Assembly (NCBI GenBank): GCA_964016885.1
Contig: OZ024740.1
Coordinates: forward strand, 195,672,001 to 195,736,000
Source of the DNA: Eledone cirrhosa
Lineage: Eukaryota
Length of the DNA stretch: 64,000 nucleotides
Reading direction: 5' to 3'
Positions 41,408 through 54,200 of the stretch are shown in pieces. Below the pieces are notes generated by a model. It worked only from the letters and a program-made list of their open reading frames with translations, did not search any database and was not told where the DNA came from. The translations under genes and the position numbers were made by a program. Numbering within the stretch: the stretch's first letter is position 1; every line of letters starts with the position of its first letter.

Positions 41408-41597
41408 TGGTGTCGAATTAGCAGTATCGGTAGAGGGGCGGGCGCCATGCTTTCCAGCATAGTTACGTCCCTTTACGGTCTGAGATCAAATCCCGTCGAG
41501 GTTAACTTTGCCTTTCATCCTTACGGGGTCGATAAAATAAAGTACCAGTAATGCACTGAGTAATTGCTGGCCTTGTGCGAAAAGTAGAAACAATTAT
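41408..41597 (+). mobile_element. tRNA-derived SINE, same family
   Basis: High similarity to 10781-10970. Confidence 0.9.
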
Positions 41598-42039
41598 TTG
41601 GTTTGACTAGCATGTAAAATCTTCCATTGAGGAATATTCTTTCTAAGAGACCAGTTTTTCTTCAGTTAGTGCTGGTCCCACTATGATTCATGCATCAAAC
41701 AGTATTATACTGTACTCTGTCAGGCAGCGTGCAAGCATATTAAGATCTCTATACAATATCCACCTGTATTATTTCTCTTTCACTGACTGCCTTCATCTCT
41801 TTCACTCTCCCCATCTCTCACTATTGTATGCAAATGAGAGCCCACGTGCTGGCCACCCCGTGGTCCTGGCAGACAGCAGATTTAATGTTTATACAATTCA
41901 ATATAGTAATAACATCACAGATAGTTTGGTAATATAAACAAAACTATTGAAGGGAACAAAAAAGGAAGAAAAGTAAGGAAATGAAAAAAAGAAAAAGGAT
42001 CAAGCAACGGAAGAAAAGGCGGGGGGGAGGGACAGACAC

Positions 42040-42295
42040 AACACCCCAGTCTGAATAGTGCCTCACCACACCCAACAGACAAAGTGGCAAAGGCATTACT
42101 GTGGTGAATGGCCAGAGACACCCACTGCAACAGCCATTCCACCTCTTGCAACTCCCTCTTCAAGTGGGCCGCTGTCTTTCTGACTTTATGGAGGAAATCA
42201 GCAGTGTGGGGACCAAGGGAACCTCGACGGAGACCAATGCAAAGAGGAAGCGGTTAGTCAGACCCCAATATTTGACTATCATCCTCTCGTCCTTG
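42040..42295 (-). mobile_element. Relic of the RLE/CRE-like element 3' end
   Basis: VKYWGLTNRFLFALVSVE/LGPHTADFLHKV...EVEWLLQWVSLAIHHSNAFATLSVG. Confidence 0.72.
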
Positions 42296-42364
42296 TTAGT
42301 TCACTTTGAACAATAAAGTTCAACAATAGAAGCAATAAGCATGACAGGTCTCGATAGATTGATC

Positions 42365-43135
42365 TTTTTGTGTGCAGAGAACATAGGAAAATTGGAAAGA
42401 AATGAAGCTTCCATGCTTTGATGGATGTGTATTAGTAATATACATGAACAGCAAAGCATAAATGAACTGAGAGAGAAACTGGGTATAAGAGGAGTCAGAT
42501 GCAGTGTGCAGGAGAGAAGAATATGCTGGTATGAACATATGATGCATATGAATGATGACAGCTGTATAAAAAGGTGCAGAGGGCTCAAGGTTGATGGAAG
42601 CTATGGTGTAGGAAGATCTAGGAAGACTTGGGATGAGGTGATAAAAGCTGACCTTGCATAATTGCAGCTTTCAAAGACAATGATACAGGATCAAGATCTC
42701 TGTTATGCAGTAATACAGAAGACCTGCCTTCCCATGTGCACAGGCTGAAGCATACATCATGTATGCACTACTTCCCCCTCCTCCTTCCATACACCTCCAC
42801 GCCCTATGTCATAACACTCCACATACCTGAACACCCTGCCTCCTCACATACACCCCTAGATCTACCCTTCACACCCACCCAAGTCCCCAGCCCACACTGT
42901 AAAGTGGTCATGTAGGTATCACGTCAAAAAGCACCCAGTACACACTGTAAATGTGGTCAGTGTTAGGAAGGGCATCTAGCCATAGAAACCAACCAAAACC
43001 AGTCCTATATAAGCAAGTCATGGTCATCGGTCCTGGCTTGTCTCACAATGGGGAAACTTGTCTAAGCCATACTAACATGGAAAAATGGACGTTAAACAAT
43101 GATAATGATGATGGAGGTGATGGTGATGATGATCG
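42365..43135 (+). mobile_element. Older RTE LINE 3' end plus 3' UTR
   Basis: ERNEASML.WMC...ELREKLGIRG...GRSRKTW, then the aggaagggcatc 3' UTR and a GAT-rich tail. Confidence 0.88.
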
Positions 43136-43917
43136 CTGTTAATTTAAGTCTCATCTCTTGAGAAACAACATTGTTGTATGATAAAGAATGAGATAAATTG
43201 GAAGTGTTAATGACATCTGGAATTGTTAGCACTTGGTGCTCCAGTATTTCACTTTGAAATGTCAAGAATTGTAAAAAAAAATCATGAGGTGAGATAGTGT
43301 CTGTTACTTTATCAAACTACTCTGTTACTTTATCAAACATAGGCAAAGTTGTCAATGCATTCCAGTAGTTCTACTACATACACACACACACACACACACA
43401 CATGTATATCATAGTTATCATTGCTTTTACCTCCACTTTCCATGTTGGCATGGGTTGGATGGGATGTCTTGAAACATTGTTTTACAGCTGGATGCCCTTC
43501 CTGATGCCAACCTTCTTTGTTGCCTCTTGTGACATGCAGGCATAGAGTTTGCCTATTATAAAAACCAGAATGCACACAACACCAGAATATATATATATAT
43601 AATGATAGGGTCGGAAAAAATTAACCAAGAAGATAAAGAAAATGACATCAAGAAAACCAAAAAACTATCATGAAGTGTCACTTTTGTAATAGTTGAGAGA
43701 AGCGAATGAAGTGAATAACATCCTCCAGAAAGAACACTTTCCCAACTGTTTGACTTGTACTGTATATTGTATCTAATCAGTGGTGTTTCTTTGCACAATT
43801 CTTTGTTGTTCATCTTGCGCCATTTATTCCTGGGAGGGTCATGAGGGCAGAGACCTCAAGCATTCCTTCTAGCTGGTCTTGTCAGAAGCAACTGTCTCCA
43901 TTTGATCCAGCTGCATC

Positions 43918-44147
43918 TTAACCCTTTAGCATTTAAACTGGCTGTATCTGGCCAGAATTATGTCCTCTTTTCGAAATCAGCCATAACCAGCAACTCACAC
44001 CGATGTTAAGATAGCATTCTTAAAATGAACAACAACATCATCCAAATCTCGTAGACTCGAGATTATGTGAGATAATTACTTGAGATAAAGCCTTTACCAT
44101 GAATATACAATAGTAATTATAGAGTAATGTAAATGCTAAAGCGTTAA
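43918..44147. mobile_element. piggyBac-type MITE (TTAA) inserted in an RTE fragment
   Basis: TTAA TSDs and CCCTTTAGCATTTA TIRs. The LINE sequence is contiguous once the MITE is removed. Confidence 0.87.
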
Positions 44148-44402
44148 GCAAACCCAACCGAGCTCATGGATGTAATCCAACCATCTTGCTCAGGGTTTAC
44201 CTTGAATCGCCTGCCAGTTGGTTTTGTTTGTAAAATCTGTCCAGTGATTCTTTCCTGAGATATTCTAACCACATGTCCATGGTCTCGGAGCTGTAATCTC
44301 TCTTTTTATTGATTCATAAAATGTTTCACTTCATAGACATCATTTGAGCTCCTCAATTATTGTAGTTAATACTAGGTGTTTGAACTAAGTGAAAATAATT
44401 CT

Positions 44403-44617
44403 TTAGCCCTTTAGCATTTACATTACTTTATATTTATGCAGTAAAGGCTTTACCTCACATAATTATCTCACATAATATCAAATCTATGAGATTTTGATAT
44501 TATTTATTTTGAGAACAATACCTTAACATCAGAATGAGCAGCTGGTTAAGGCTGGTTGGAACAGAAAGAGGTGAGAATTCTGGCCAGATACAACTGGTTT
44601 AAATGTTAAAGGGTTAA
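44403..44617. mobile_element. piggyBac-type MITE, inverted relative to 43918-44147
   Basis: Reverse-complement similarity to 43918-44147. Ends AAAGGG-TTAA. Confidence 0.83.
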
Positions 44618-45764
44618 GATATAAAAGAAAAGTTTGAGAAGTGGTTTGAGAAGTGGTATCAGCATAATGAAAAACAAAAGGGTAACATGACTATTCATCA
44701 GCTACAACTAAAACATACTTGATTTGAGATATTTACTGTTTAGACATAAAACTCAGTGTGATATTTTCCATAGCTTGAGTAATATTTACAGTGTTGGTCA
44801 GTAGGAGTGCAAAATATGGATTTTATTTCAGAGGATATAACAAGTATAACAAATTTTACAAATATCCTAAGTAGAAAACACAGGGCTTATTGGGTCTTGT
44901 TTTGTTTTTTGTAGAGATGGTGGGGGGCGGGGGGTCTTCATTATACAACTACGTTTTCACACATGAAGAATATTGAACCCTGCTAGTAAAATATGTTGTC
45001 CTCTTTTACAAGGTTTGTCAAACATAAATATTTGTGTTTTGTATGTTCATATGTGTACCCATAACTCCTGGTGGAGCCATAAAGTCATTTTAAACCTGCA
45101 ACCCATCTTTCTCCAGCCAATTTCTTCTAGAGATGGATAGCAAATGAGAGAGAGAAAGTAGGAAAGAGATGTAGAGGAAGAATTGACCCCTGTAATGGAC
45201 TGATACTTTTTTGTCTATCTCAAAAGAATGAAAGGCAAAGTTGAATTTGATGGGATTTGAACTGAGAACAAATACCACAAAGCATTCCATCTGATGTTCT
45301 AACGATTTTGTCAAATCATCACTTTATGTTTTAGTTGCATTGAATAAATGGATATTTTCTATTTCAGCTGACCTGTAACGTACAGCATATCCTTCTTCTT
45401 TACCCACTTAATGCTGGGAGAGTCGTGGGAGCAGAGTCCTCAAACACTCTTTCCAGCGGGTCGGTCCTGTCAGAAGCAACCATTTCCAACAGATCCGGCT
45501 GGATCTCCAAGTGAGACCAGCCAAGCTCATTGATGTTATCCAACCATCTTGCTCGGGGCCTACCCCTGGGTCTCCTGCCAAGTGCACAGCATATCCAACA
45601 TAACATTTTCCATGCTTGCATGCACTGCAAATTAATTTGCTTGTATGCTCCATTTTCAGCTTTGTTTCTATGGCTGGATGCCAACCACTTTACTGTGTAT
45701 TAGGAACATTTGATCATAACTTCGGCACTACCAAGGGTATATATATATATAATAAAAACTTTAT

Positions 45765-47152
45765 GCATGTTATGTGACGTGAGGACCAAAAACATGAGGT
45801 CTTCAGGATCATAAGGCAGTGAATCAGGGAAAATTGTGATGTTGTTGGGGAGAAGTGGGTCCGAGATGACAATGTGTGATGCTGAAAAAAAGCTAGCATG
45901 GAAATGTTATTATGAGAGACTGATGAATTAGGAGAATGCATGGAAGGAAGATAGACTGCTCCAAGAAGACCCAACAGAGGGACCAGCGGTACAACTCAGT
46001 AACAGCATAGTCAGTAAAGCAATTAAGGATATGAAGTTAGGCAAAGCAGCCAGGCCATTGGGACTAGTTGCAGAGATTCTGAAAGTATCTGGGATGGTAG
46101 GCCACACCATAATCACCCATATTGTAAACCAAGCAATACAAAATAGTGCTATACCTAATGACTGGCATAGCAGCAACATTACCAATTGCTGCAATGGCAA
46201 AGTTGATGCACTAGGCAGAGGAAACTACTGAAACATGAGATTTATGGACAGGGTCATGAAAGTTACAGAAAGAGTCATTGTACAACTGATTAGGGATCAA
46301 ATTAACCCAGATGAGATGCAGATCGGATTTGTGCCAGGTAAAAGTGCCACAGATGCTCTCTTCTTTGTGAGGCAACTGCGGAGTAGTACATAGCAAAAAG
46401 TAAACCCCTCTACTTAGCATTTGATGACCTGGAGAAAGCTTTTGACAGGGTCCCCTGTTCTGTAATTTGGTGCGCACTTGGGAAACTAGGGGTGGATGAG
46501 TGGCTTGAGAGGACGGTACAAGCCACTTTCAGAGGTGCAGTCAGCAAGGTTAAAATTAATAATGGCTATAGGGAGGAGTTTAGCATGCAAGTTGGTGTCC
46601 ACATGGAGTCCGTCCTTAGCCCTCTACTGTTTATTATCATTCTCCAAGCTATAAAAGAAGAGATTAAAACCGGATGCCCTTGGGAACTCATGTATGCTGA
46701 TGATCTAACTCTCTGACAGAACTAAAGAAAACAATCCTGACCTGGAGCACAACCTGGGATCAAAAGGTCTACAAGTCAACTTGGCAAAGACCAAAGTTAT
46801 AGTAAGTAGTAAGGCAAATAAAGCCTTGATCTTTTCTGTGAAATGGCCCTGTTCAATGTGTAGGAAAGAGGTGGGTAGAAATTCCATCCTCTGTCTCAAA
46901 TGCACACTATGGGTTCACAGGCAGGCTGGCAAAGAATGTAGGTTTTACATGTGGGAATTGCTCAGGAGCAGTAAGCACCAAATACTCACAGGAACAAGCG
47001 CTATTAAATTGTTAGAAGATACAGTAGAAGCAATTGACAGTCTCTGTTACCTGGGTGACCAAATTAGCGGTGGAAGTGGGTGTTCGGAAAGTACAGTAGC
47101 CAGAGTGAAAACAGGATACAAAAAGTTCAGGGAGCTACTACTGCTGCTAGCT
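45765..47152 (+). mobile_element. Degenerate RTE LINE RT fragment
   Basis: Interrupted frames containing DLEKAFDRV, SVLSPLLF, ELMYADDL and KWPCSMC. Confidence 0.88.
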
Positions 47153-48515
47153 ACTCTTGTTTGCACGAATGCGAGTGATGATTTCAAAGTGAGGTCGCTA
47201 CTCATCTATCACTCTGAAAACCCGTGCATATTAAAAAAGAATAATGTTATGCCTGTATTGTGGAGCATAAACATGAAGGCTTCGGTGACAAGGCTCCTCT
47301 TCATGGAAAAGCTGCAAGAATTGTTCACACCAAGCATAGAACAATACCTGCAGGAGAATAATCTGCCCCTTAAATACTTCATGGTCATGCGCAATGCCTT
47401 GGCACACCCACCAGGCTTGGCAGACGAGCTGGATGTCAAGTTCCTGCCCCACAACATGACTCCTCTCCTGCAGCCCATGGATAATCAAGTGAAAGCAATT
47501 TTTAAGAAACTGTACATGAAGGTGCTCTTCGCATGGTACTTTTAGGTTATGAATGACAGCGATCTGATTTTGAAAGAATTTTGGAAAGATCATTTCAATA
47601 TCCTCCACAGCATAAACCTTATTGATAAAGCCTAGAACGATGTCATTTACTGGACCTTCAGTGCAACCAGGAAGAAACTGTGGCCAGATTGTGTCCCTGA
47701 AGGGGATTTCAAGGGCTTTTAGCCTGAGGAAGTAGCAGTAGTAGAGGATATCATGTCCATAGGCAAGATCACGGACATGTACGTTCAATCATAAGGGCGA
47801 ACTCTTGACTAACAAACTCATCGGCTTTCAGAGTGAGCAGCAGAAGGCCTTGGTGGAGGAAGAGGAAGAAAGGGAGGAAGCTACCAGCAAAATGATAAGA
47901 GACATCTGCGCTAAATGGGATGAAGTGCAAACCTTTGCCGAAAAGTTTCATTCAAACAAAACAGTGGCGAACAGAGCGCCAAATACCATGAGGGTGACAA
48001 TGTGGTGTCATATTTTACAACGATTCCACAGCACAGAAAGAAACAAAAATCGCTGGATAGATTTTTAATTAAAATGGGTTTCAAGGACGAACCAGAGGCC
48101 AAGAGAGCAAAATGGGAGAAAACACCCTGAAGGCGAGTTATCCAGAGTTATTACGGAAGAGGGCTCATCTTCCAAACAGTAACTTCCTCTCACAATCTTC
48201 CTCTCTTCCATTTAGTTATGCTAGCAAGTATCTCTAAGAAAGATACGTGAACAATAAGCCATGTAAAAATTAAGTGTTCTCTCTCTTCTGTTGTGTGTTT
48301 TCATATTTAATATTAAATTTAGTATTATTTTCCTATATTCAAGGCTTTTTTTTATATTTTGTTTCATATTTTTTACTATGAAAAATTTAAAAACAAATTA
48401 CGGATTACTTCTATTTCAATACAACCTAATAGAAAAAACTGACTCGACTTACGACCGAATCGGTTTACGAACAGAATTCAAGAATGAATTAAGTTTGTGC
48501 GCCGAGGTTCCACTA
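47153..48515 (+). mobile_element. Tigger/pogo DNA transposon, 3' half (DDE_1 remnant)
   Basis: TLVCTNASDDFKVRSLLIYHSENP and AHPP...VKFLPHNMTPLLQPMDNQV motifs. Ends in CGAGGTTCCACT(A) followed by TA, a Tigger-type TIR. Confidence 0.88.
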
Positions 48516-48894
48516 TATTTATTTATTTGACACGGCTGGAAAAAGAAAATTAATATTTATCTCCCTTACATAAATAATATAGACTAAATTATTTCCCTTG
48601 CTTTAGGACGCTGACATCGATTAAATGAAACGTTTTTTTTTTTTACTTTATTAAATTAAGCTTGATAATTGAAGAGTCTATGAATTGGTATCTGGAAAAT
48701 GTTGAGCTTCTTTTTCTTAAGTACTAATTAACACTAATTACATATTTTCAAGATTTTTACGCTGTATTCGCAAAATTACCGATAAGGGAAATAACTCAAT
48801 ATAAGCAAATAAGAGTTATCTCTATGAGTATCATAAATCTCTTAGCTTGTCACAAATATTTTATTTTTAAAAGATCATATGTTAATATAAATCA

Positions 48895-49330
48895 CCGCCT
48901 CGTGATCCAGGCAGACAGGACGAAGACATTGCCCCAGAGGATGGTGAGGAAGACGCGTTGGAACAACTATTCCACATTGCAGCGCTCGCACGTGCGGGTA
49001 ACCAACACTGCTCCAATAGCAGTGAGTAGGGATGTGGTCCAGAGGCTAAGAATGCTAGAAGTTTCATTTCTGGCCAGAGGCTCGGCCACAAACTTATCAG
49101 AAAGCGGAAGGTGATTTTACCTAGCGGGTAGCGAAGTCTGGGTTGGTAGCCAAAAGCAGCAGGTTGCCGCTGGAGGTGTTGCAACATGTGGCAACCCAGA
49201 TGAGTGGGCTTACTCTTGCAAAACGAGAAGATTGTCATGCCATCTGCCCTTTCGGTCCAGCCCTGCTGACACAAGCTCTGAAGGAAAACCTGTGGCGTCC
49301 AGGCCATGCTTTATAATCTTATAAGTCGCC
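48895..49330 (-). mobile_element. Relic of an RLE-type (CRE-like) non-LTR retrotransposon, C-terminal endonuclease region
   Basis: Frame-stitched translation IIKHGLDATGFPSEL..AGLDR../DGMTIFSF../LIWVATCCNT../LSDKFVAEPLA..ETSSIL...VE*LFQRVFLTILWGN. This fits the 'EP.GL.R.DGKRPDG...WDAT...F.P.A.ET.G..G...LFQR.S.A..RGN' pattern. Confidence 0.75.
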
Positions 49331-50574
49331 TCACTAAATAGTCGATTCCAAACAGTTCCATGCACTTTACTACTTGTTATGCTACCATATGTAGCCGTCC
49401 ACTCCGTAACAACGTTACAACGCCTAGCATCTGACCAATAAAGCGTCACTTCATTATACTAATCTCACACACACTCTCCTTTTTAGACCATCTTTATATC
49501 AACATAATCATTGCATCTCCTCTTTCTTGTGATATGCCCTCTATTTGATCTTCCTAAATCTGACCATAAACACTACAACCAGTCATTGGGTGTATCAAAG
49601 GGCATTCAATCTATATTATAAAAGTCACGCTGAGCACTCTGTCCATAACATATATGTAGGAAAGAAGCGAAATCAAGAGGGGAGATAACCCGTCACAATA
49701 TATATTTGTAGGAGGGAAGAAGGGGAGGAGAAAAGTTATTGAGAGAGAAATACAGTGGGAGTGTGTGAAGGAGACAGTTTAAAACATAATTTAACAATAC
49801 ATCGTAATAGAAATTGACAGACGTATTGACAGACATGGACTTAAAATTCACATGTATGGGATATTCATATATTAAAAAGTTCACATTACAAAACTTTATT
49901 GGAAATATTTCCAAGGAAATACATAAATAGCACTATAGTTAAAAAATAGTTTTTCATTATAAAATCATAACTCCAGATATTTTAGCCCCTTCTTTATGTA
50001 GAATTTGAAGTTGGTGAAAATCAGCAAAATATTGACTTTGAATATAAGCTGACCCCACCATTTTACCATCGATTTTTTGTCACATATTTCTTGGTTTATA
50101 TACGGTAATATGTAAAGGTCAATATGTGTATGTTGGTATATTTATATAATATATATATTGTATGTGTGTACCTATAAAAAAAAATGGCATTTAAAACAGA
50201 CATTCTTGAAAAGTGCAAAACAGCAATATGATTGCATCACATAAAAATTAGTCTTTCTTTAATTTACTGCAAATGTTCACAACAATTTGTCCATAGTAAT
50301 GATACAATAAACATTTGAATCAACCAATCTGTTTGTTGTTTTTTTTTTATTTTCTGCTAAACCATTACAGGATGTTACGGGTTAAATTACTAAATGTTTC
50401 AGATATACAAAGATTAATTTCATAATATAAGAAACAAAACAGTGTAGCTATTACAAAAGGCATATGTGAACATAATGGGGTTTACACAGACAGCCAATAC
50501 TCACAGAGTATGAGAACAATAAAACCTCAGATGGATTTTGGAAGAATACACACACATAAATAGAATAGACTTAC

Positions 50575-50823
50575 CTGGTGTGCATATGCAAGGTTGATGC
50601 CAAATTCGTAAGCTTTTTCTTGCACAATAGTTTCATGTCCAGCGAGAATTATTGCAGCCTGGCAGCTATAACCAAGCAAGTTACCATAAGAGAGGTAAGC
50701 TTGGTTGCGCCAGTCACTAAATGTAATTGTCTCTTTTAATAGGCCATTGCCATCGGAATCTATAAAACTGGTAAACTGGGATTCCATTATCTTTTTTATT
50801 GATTCTGATATAATTTCAACAAC
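50575..50823 (-). CDS. PDSS2: PDSS2 internal exon, 249 bp (phase 0-0)
   Basis: Acceptor ttttgtcag and donor gtaagt. 83 open codons VVEIISESIKKIME...WRNQAYLSYGNLLGYSCQAAIILAGH...AYEFGINLAYAHQ, continuing in frame from ...HNTK|VVE as in PDSS2 (W..Q.FLS.G.LL..SCQAA..LA.H). Confidence 0.94.
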
Positions 50824-51298
50824 CTGACAAAATAGATGATACACAAAAATTACAAATTTTCAGACTACTGTGTAAATGAAGCATAAAACAGTCAAAACAC
50901 TTAACTCATGACATCCTGTACTACATGAAACCCCAATAGAAATATATTCTTGAAAAGTACAAAACAGCACTATGACTACATGATATTAAAAATTAGTCTT
51001 TACTTTAATTTACTGCAAATTTTCAGTCTGTCCATATTGTATGCATGTATGGTCTCGTAACTCCTGATGGCATACAGTGTTTCTTGGGCATTTTAAGCTT
51101 AAACACAGTAGATTTCTTCCAGAGAAGGATAGAAAGAGGGGAAATGAGAAAGAGATATAGAGGAAGAATCGACCGCAGTGCTAGACTGGTACTTTTGTTA
51201 TTTTTTATCGACCACAAAAAGATGAAAGTTAAAGTTGATCTCGCTGGGATTTGAACTCAGACAGAAGAGAACCAGAATGAATACCGCAAAGTATTCTA

Positions 51299-54200
51299 GG
51301 ATTTATAAAATGGCCTCATTGTCCCTCTTATCCTCTACCCCCCGTCCCCACTATATCGTATTACGCGCTGGCTAGCTCACCCTTTCAATCACTCCCTAAA
51401 CCTGTTGCGAGTACGCTTAAAAATGGTCAGACCTCGTCCCTGCGAAGTATAATGTAAATGCCATTTTTCTTATCTCTCTCCAGCCTATCGGTCCATTCAT
51501 TCATATTGTTCTAAATAATCTTCTCTTTGCTATCGGTCCATTCATTCATATATCCGTATTATCGCCCCAAATCCAATCTTTGCTCTCTCTCAATGCTATT
51601 CTATAATTCTGTCTGGTTGTTTCTAAATAATCTTCTTGTATTTTAAAACCCCATTATTCGCTTATTATTACTGTTTATATGCTTCCCCAATTATGCCCCC
51701 CAAAATTCGAAGATTTCATTTAAAACCTCTCGCTAACTACCCCATTGGTTCTAAATAATCTTCTCTTTGCTAACTACCCCATACCCCTCCCTCCCGCCCC
51801 CACTCTCCACCTTATTATTTGGACCAATCACAAGTCAACGGCCTATGCTATCACTTCTGGCTGCTTTTCGATATGATGGATGGACTAAGGAATTTCTGGA
51901 GAGTCTGAAGAATCTGGACACTCGATGACAATGCCAAAGATAATGACAAATTCACCTCATGCTGCCGGACGAAAGGACAAGGCCCCCTCCTCTTTGTTTC
52001 GGCCGCGGATGGCCAACATAACCCCAACCCCATCCCCCTCACCCATCCCTGCGCCCCATCCTCCAAACACAATCCAAAACTTCAGAGTTGGTACCATAAA
52101 TGTAGGCACCTTAAAAGGCCGCTCTAACGAGGTTGTAGAAATGCTTGAACGTAAGGAGGTTGATGTTTGCTGTATCCAAGAGACCAGGTGGAGGGGCGGG
52201 TCTGCTAGATTCATTGTGGGTAAAAAACGTTGCTATAAGCTTTTCTGGGTGGGAAATGACAATGGGATAGGTGGGGTAGGAATCATGTTAGCAGAAAAAT
52301 GGGTGGATAAGATAATAGATGTAAATAGAGTAAATGACAGAATAATTAAAATAAGACTTGTTCTAAATAGAACTACTGTGACAGTAATATCGGCATACGT
52401 GCCCCAATCCGGACTGCCTGGCGCTATAAGACAGATTCTATGAGACACTGATGCTCACTACCTCCCAAATAACTATATAATTATTGCTGGCGACCTAAAT
52501 GGTCACGTTGGTCAACATTGTGACGGCTATGACGGAATCCACGGAGGCTATGGGTTTGGTACTAGAAACGAGGAAGGCTCCAGAATCCTGGAATTCTGTG
52601 ATGCAAATAACCTAACTATCTGTAACACTAACTTCAAAAAACGAGACAATCACTTGATCACCTACAGATCAGGGGAACATACCAGCCAGGTAGATTATAT
52701 CCTTACCAGAAGACGTGACAGAGTGTCTGTTGTAAACACTAAATCCCTCCCCCATGAAGAATGCACCTCCCAACATAGACTGATAATTAGCGACCTAATA
52801 GTCAGGACGAGACGTACTCGACAGCAGAAGAGGACTATCCTCAGGAGAAAAATATGGAAGCTAAAGGACCCCACAGCCAGAAATAAATTTAAAAGCATAT
52901 TACTTGATGCTTTCGACAGTAAGGAAGAGCAATTAGAGTCGTACAATATAGAGGAACAGTGGGAATTCCTGAAAGCAAACCTGCTGATGGCGGCAGACGA
53001 AGTCTGTGGCTGGAGCAGGCCTGTAGGCAGGAGAGTAGCATGGTGGTGGAACAGTAAGGTGGAGGAGTCAATTAAGGCCAAAAAGCAGGCTTGGAAAGTA
53101 TGGCGGGATGGGGGAAGTAGAGAAGACTATCAAGTGGCCAGGAGGGAAGCTAGGAGACAAGTGTACTTCGCAAGAAGGGAAGCAGAGGAAAGAAAGTTCA
53201 AGCATGTTCTACAACGCGAGGACCAAAAACGTGAGGTGTTCAGGATTGCTAGGCAATGTGTCAAGGAAAACCGTGATATTGTCTGGGAGAAGTGTGTACT
53301 TAATGATGATGGCGTACTTGCCATCACTGACGCTGATAAGAAGGTAGCTTGGAAGTGTCACTACGAAAGGCTACTAAATGAGGAGAATAAATGGGAGAAA
53401 GACAGTCTCCCCCATATCGACCCAATAGAGGGACCAGCAGTGTTAGTCGAGGGTAGTATAATAAGTAAGGCAATCAAAGATATGAAGACTGGTAAGGCGG
53501 CTGGGCCTTCGGAAATAGTTGCTGAGATGCTGAAAGCCTCTGGAACGGTGGGACACACCATGGTCACCCGGATAGTAAACCAAGTCATACAGAATGGGGT
53601 TGTTCCGAAGGACTGGCGTAGCAGCATCATCATTAACTGCTACAAGGGTAAAGGAGACGCCCTAGATAGGAGTAACTATAGAGGCATTAAATTAATCGAC
53701 CAGGTCATGAAGGTCACGGAAAAAGTAATAGTGCAACTAATCAGAGAGAGAATCGATCTAGATGAAATGCAGTTCGGGTTTGTGTCAGGCAAAAGTACCA
53801 CAGACGCTCTTTTCATTGTACGACAACTACAGGAGAAGTACCTAGCTAAAAGTAAACCCCTATACTTAGCTTTCGGCGACTTGGAGAAAGCCTTCGACAG
53901 AGTCCCTCGTTCCATTATCTGGTGGGCTCTTAGAAAACTAGGTGTTGATGAATGGCTTGTGAGAGCTATACAAGCCATGTATAAAGAAACAGTCAGCAAG
54001 GTTAGAATTAACAACGAATATAGTGAAGAGTTTAGCGTAAAAGTTGGTGTTCATCAGGGCTCTGTTCTTAGCCCCCTACTACTTATTATTGCCCTTCAGG
54101 CTATAACAGTGGAGTTCAAGACCGGCTGCCCATGGGAACTCCTATACGCAGATGATCTAACGCTCATAGCTGAATCAATGGCCGAGCTAGAGAAGAAATT

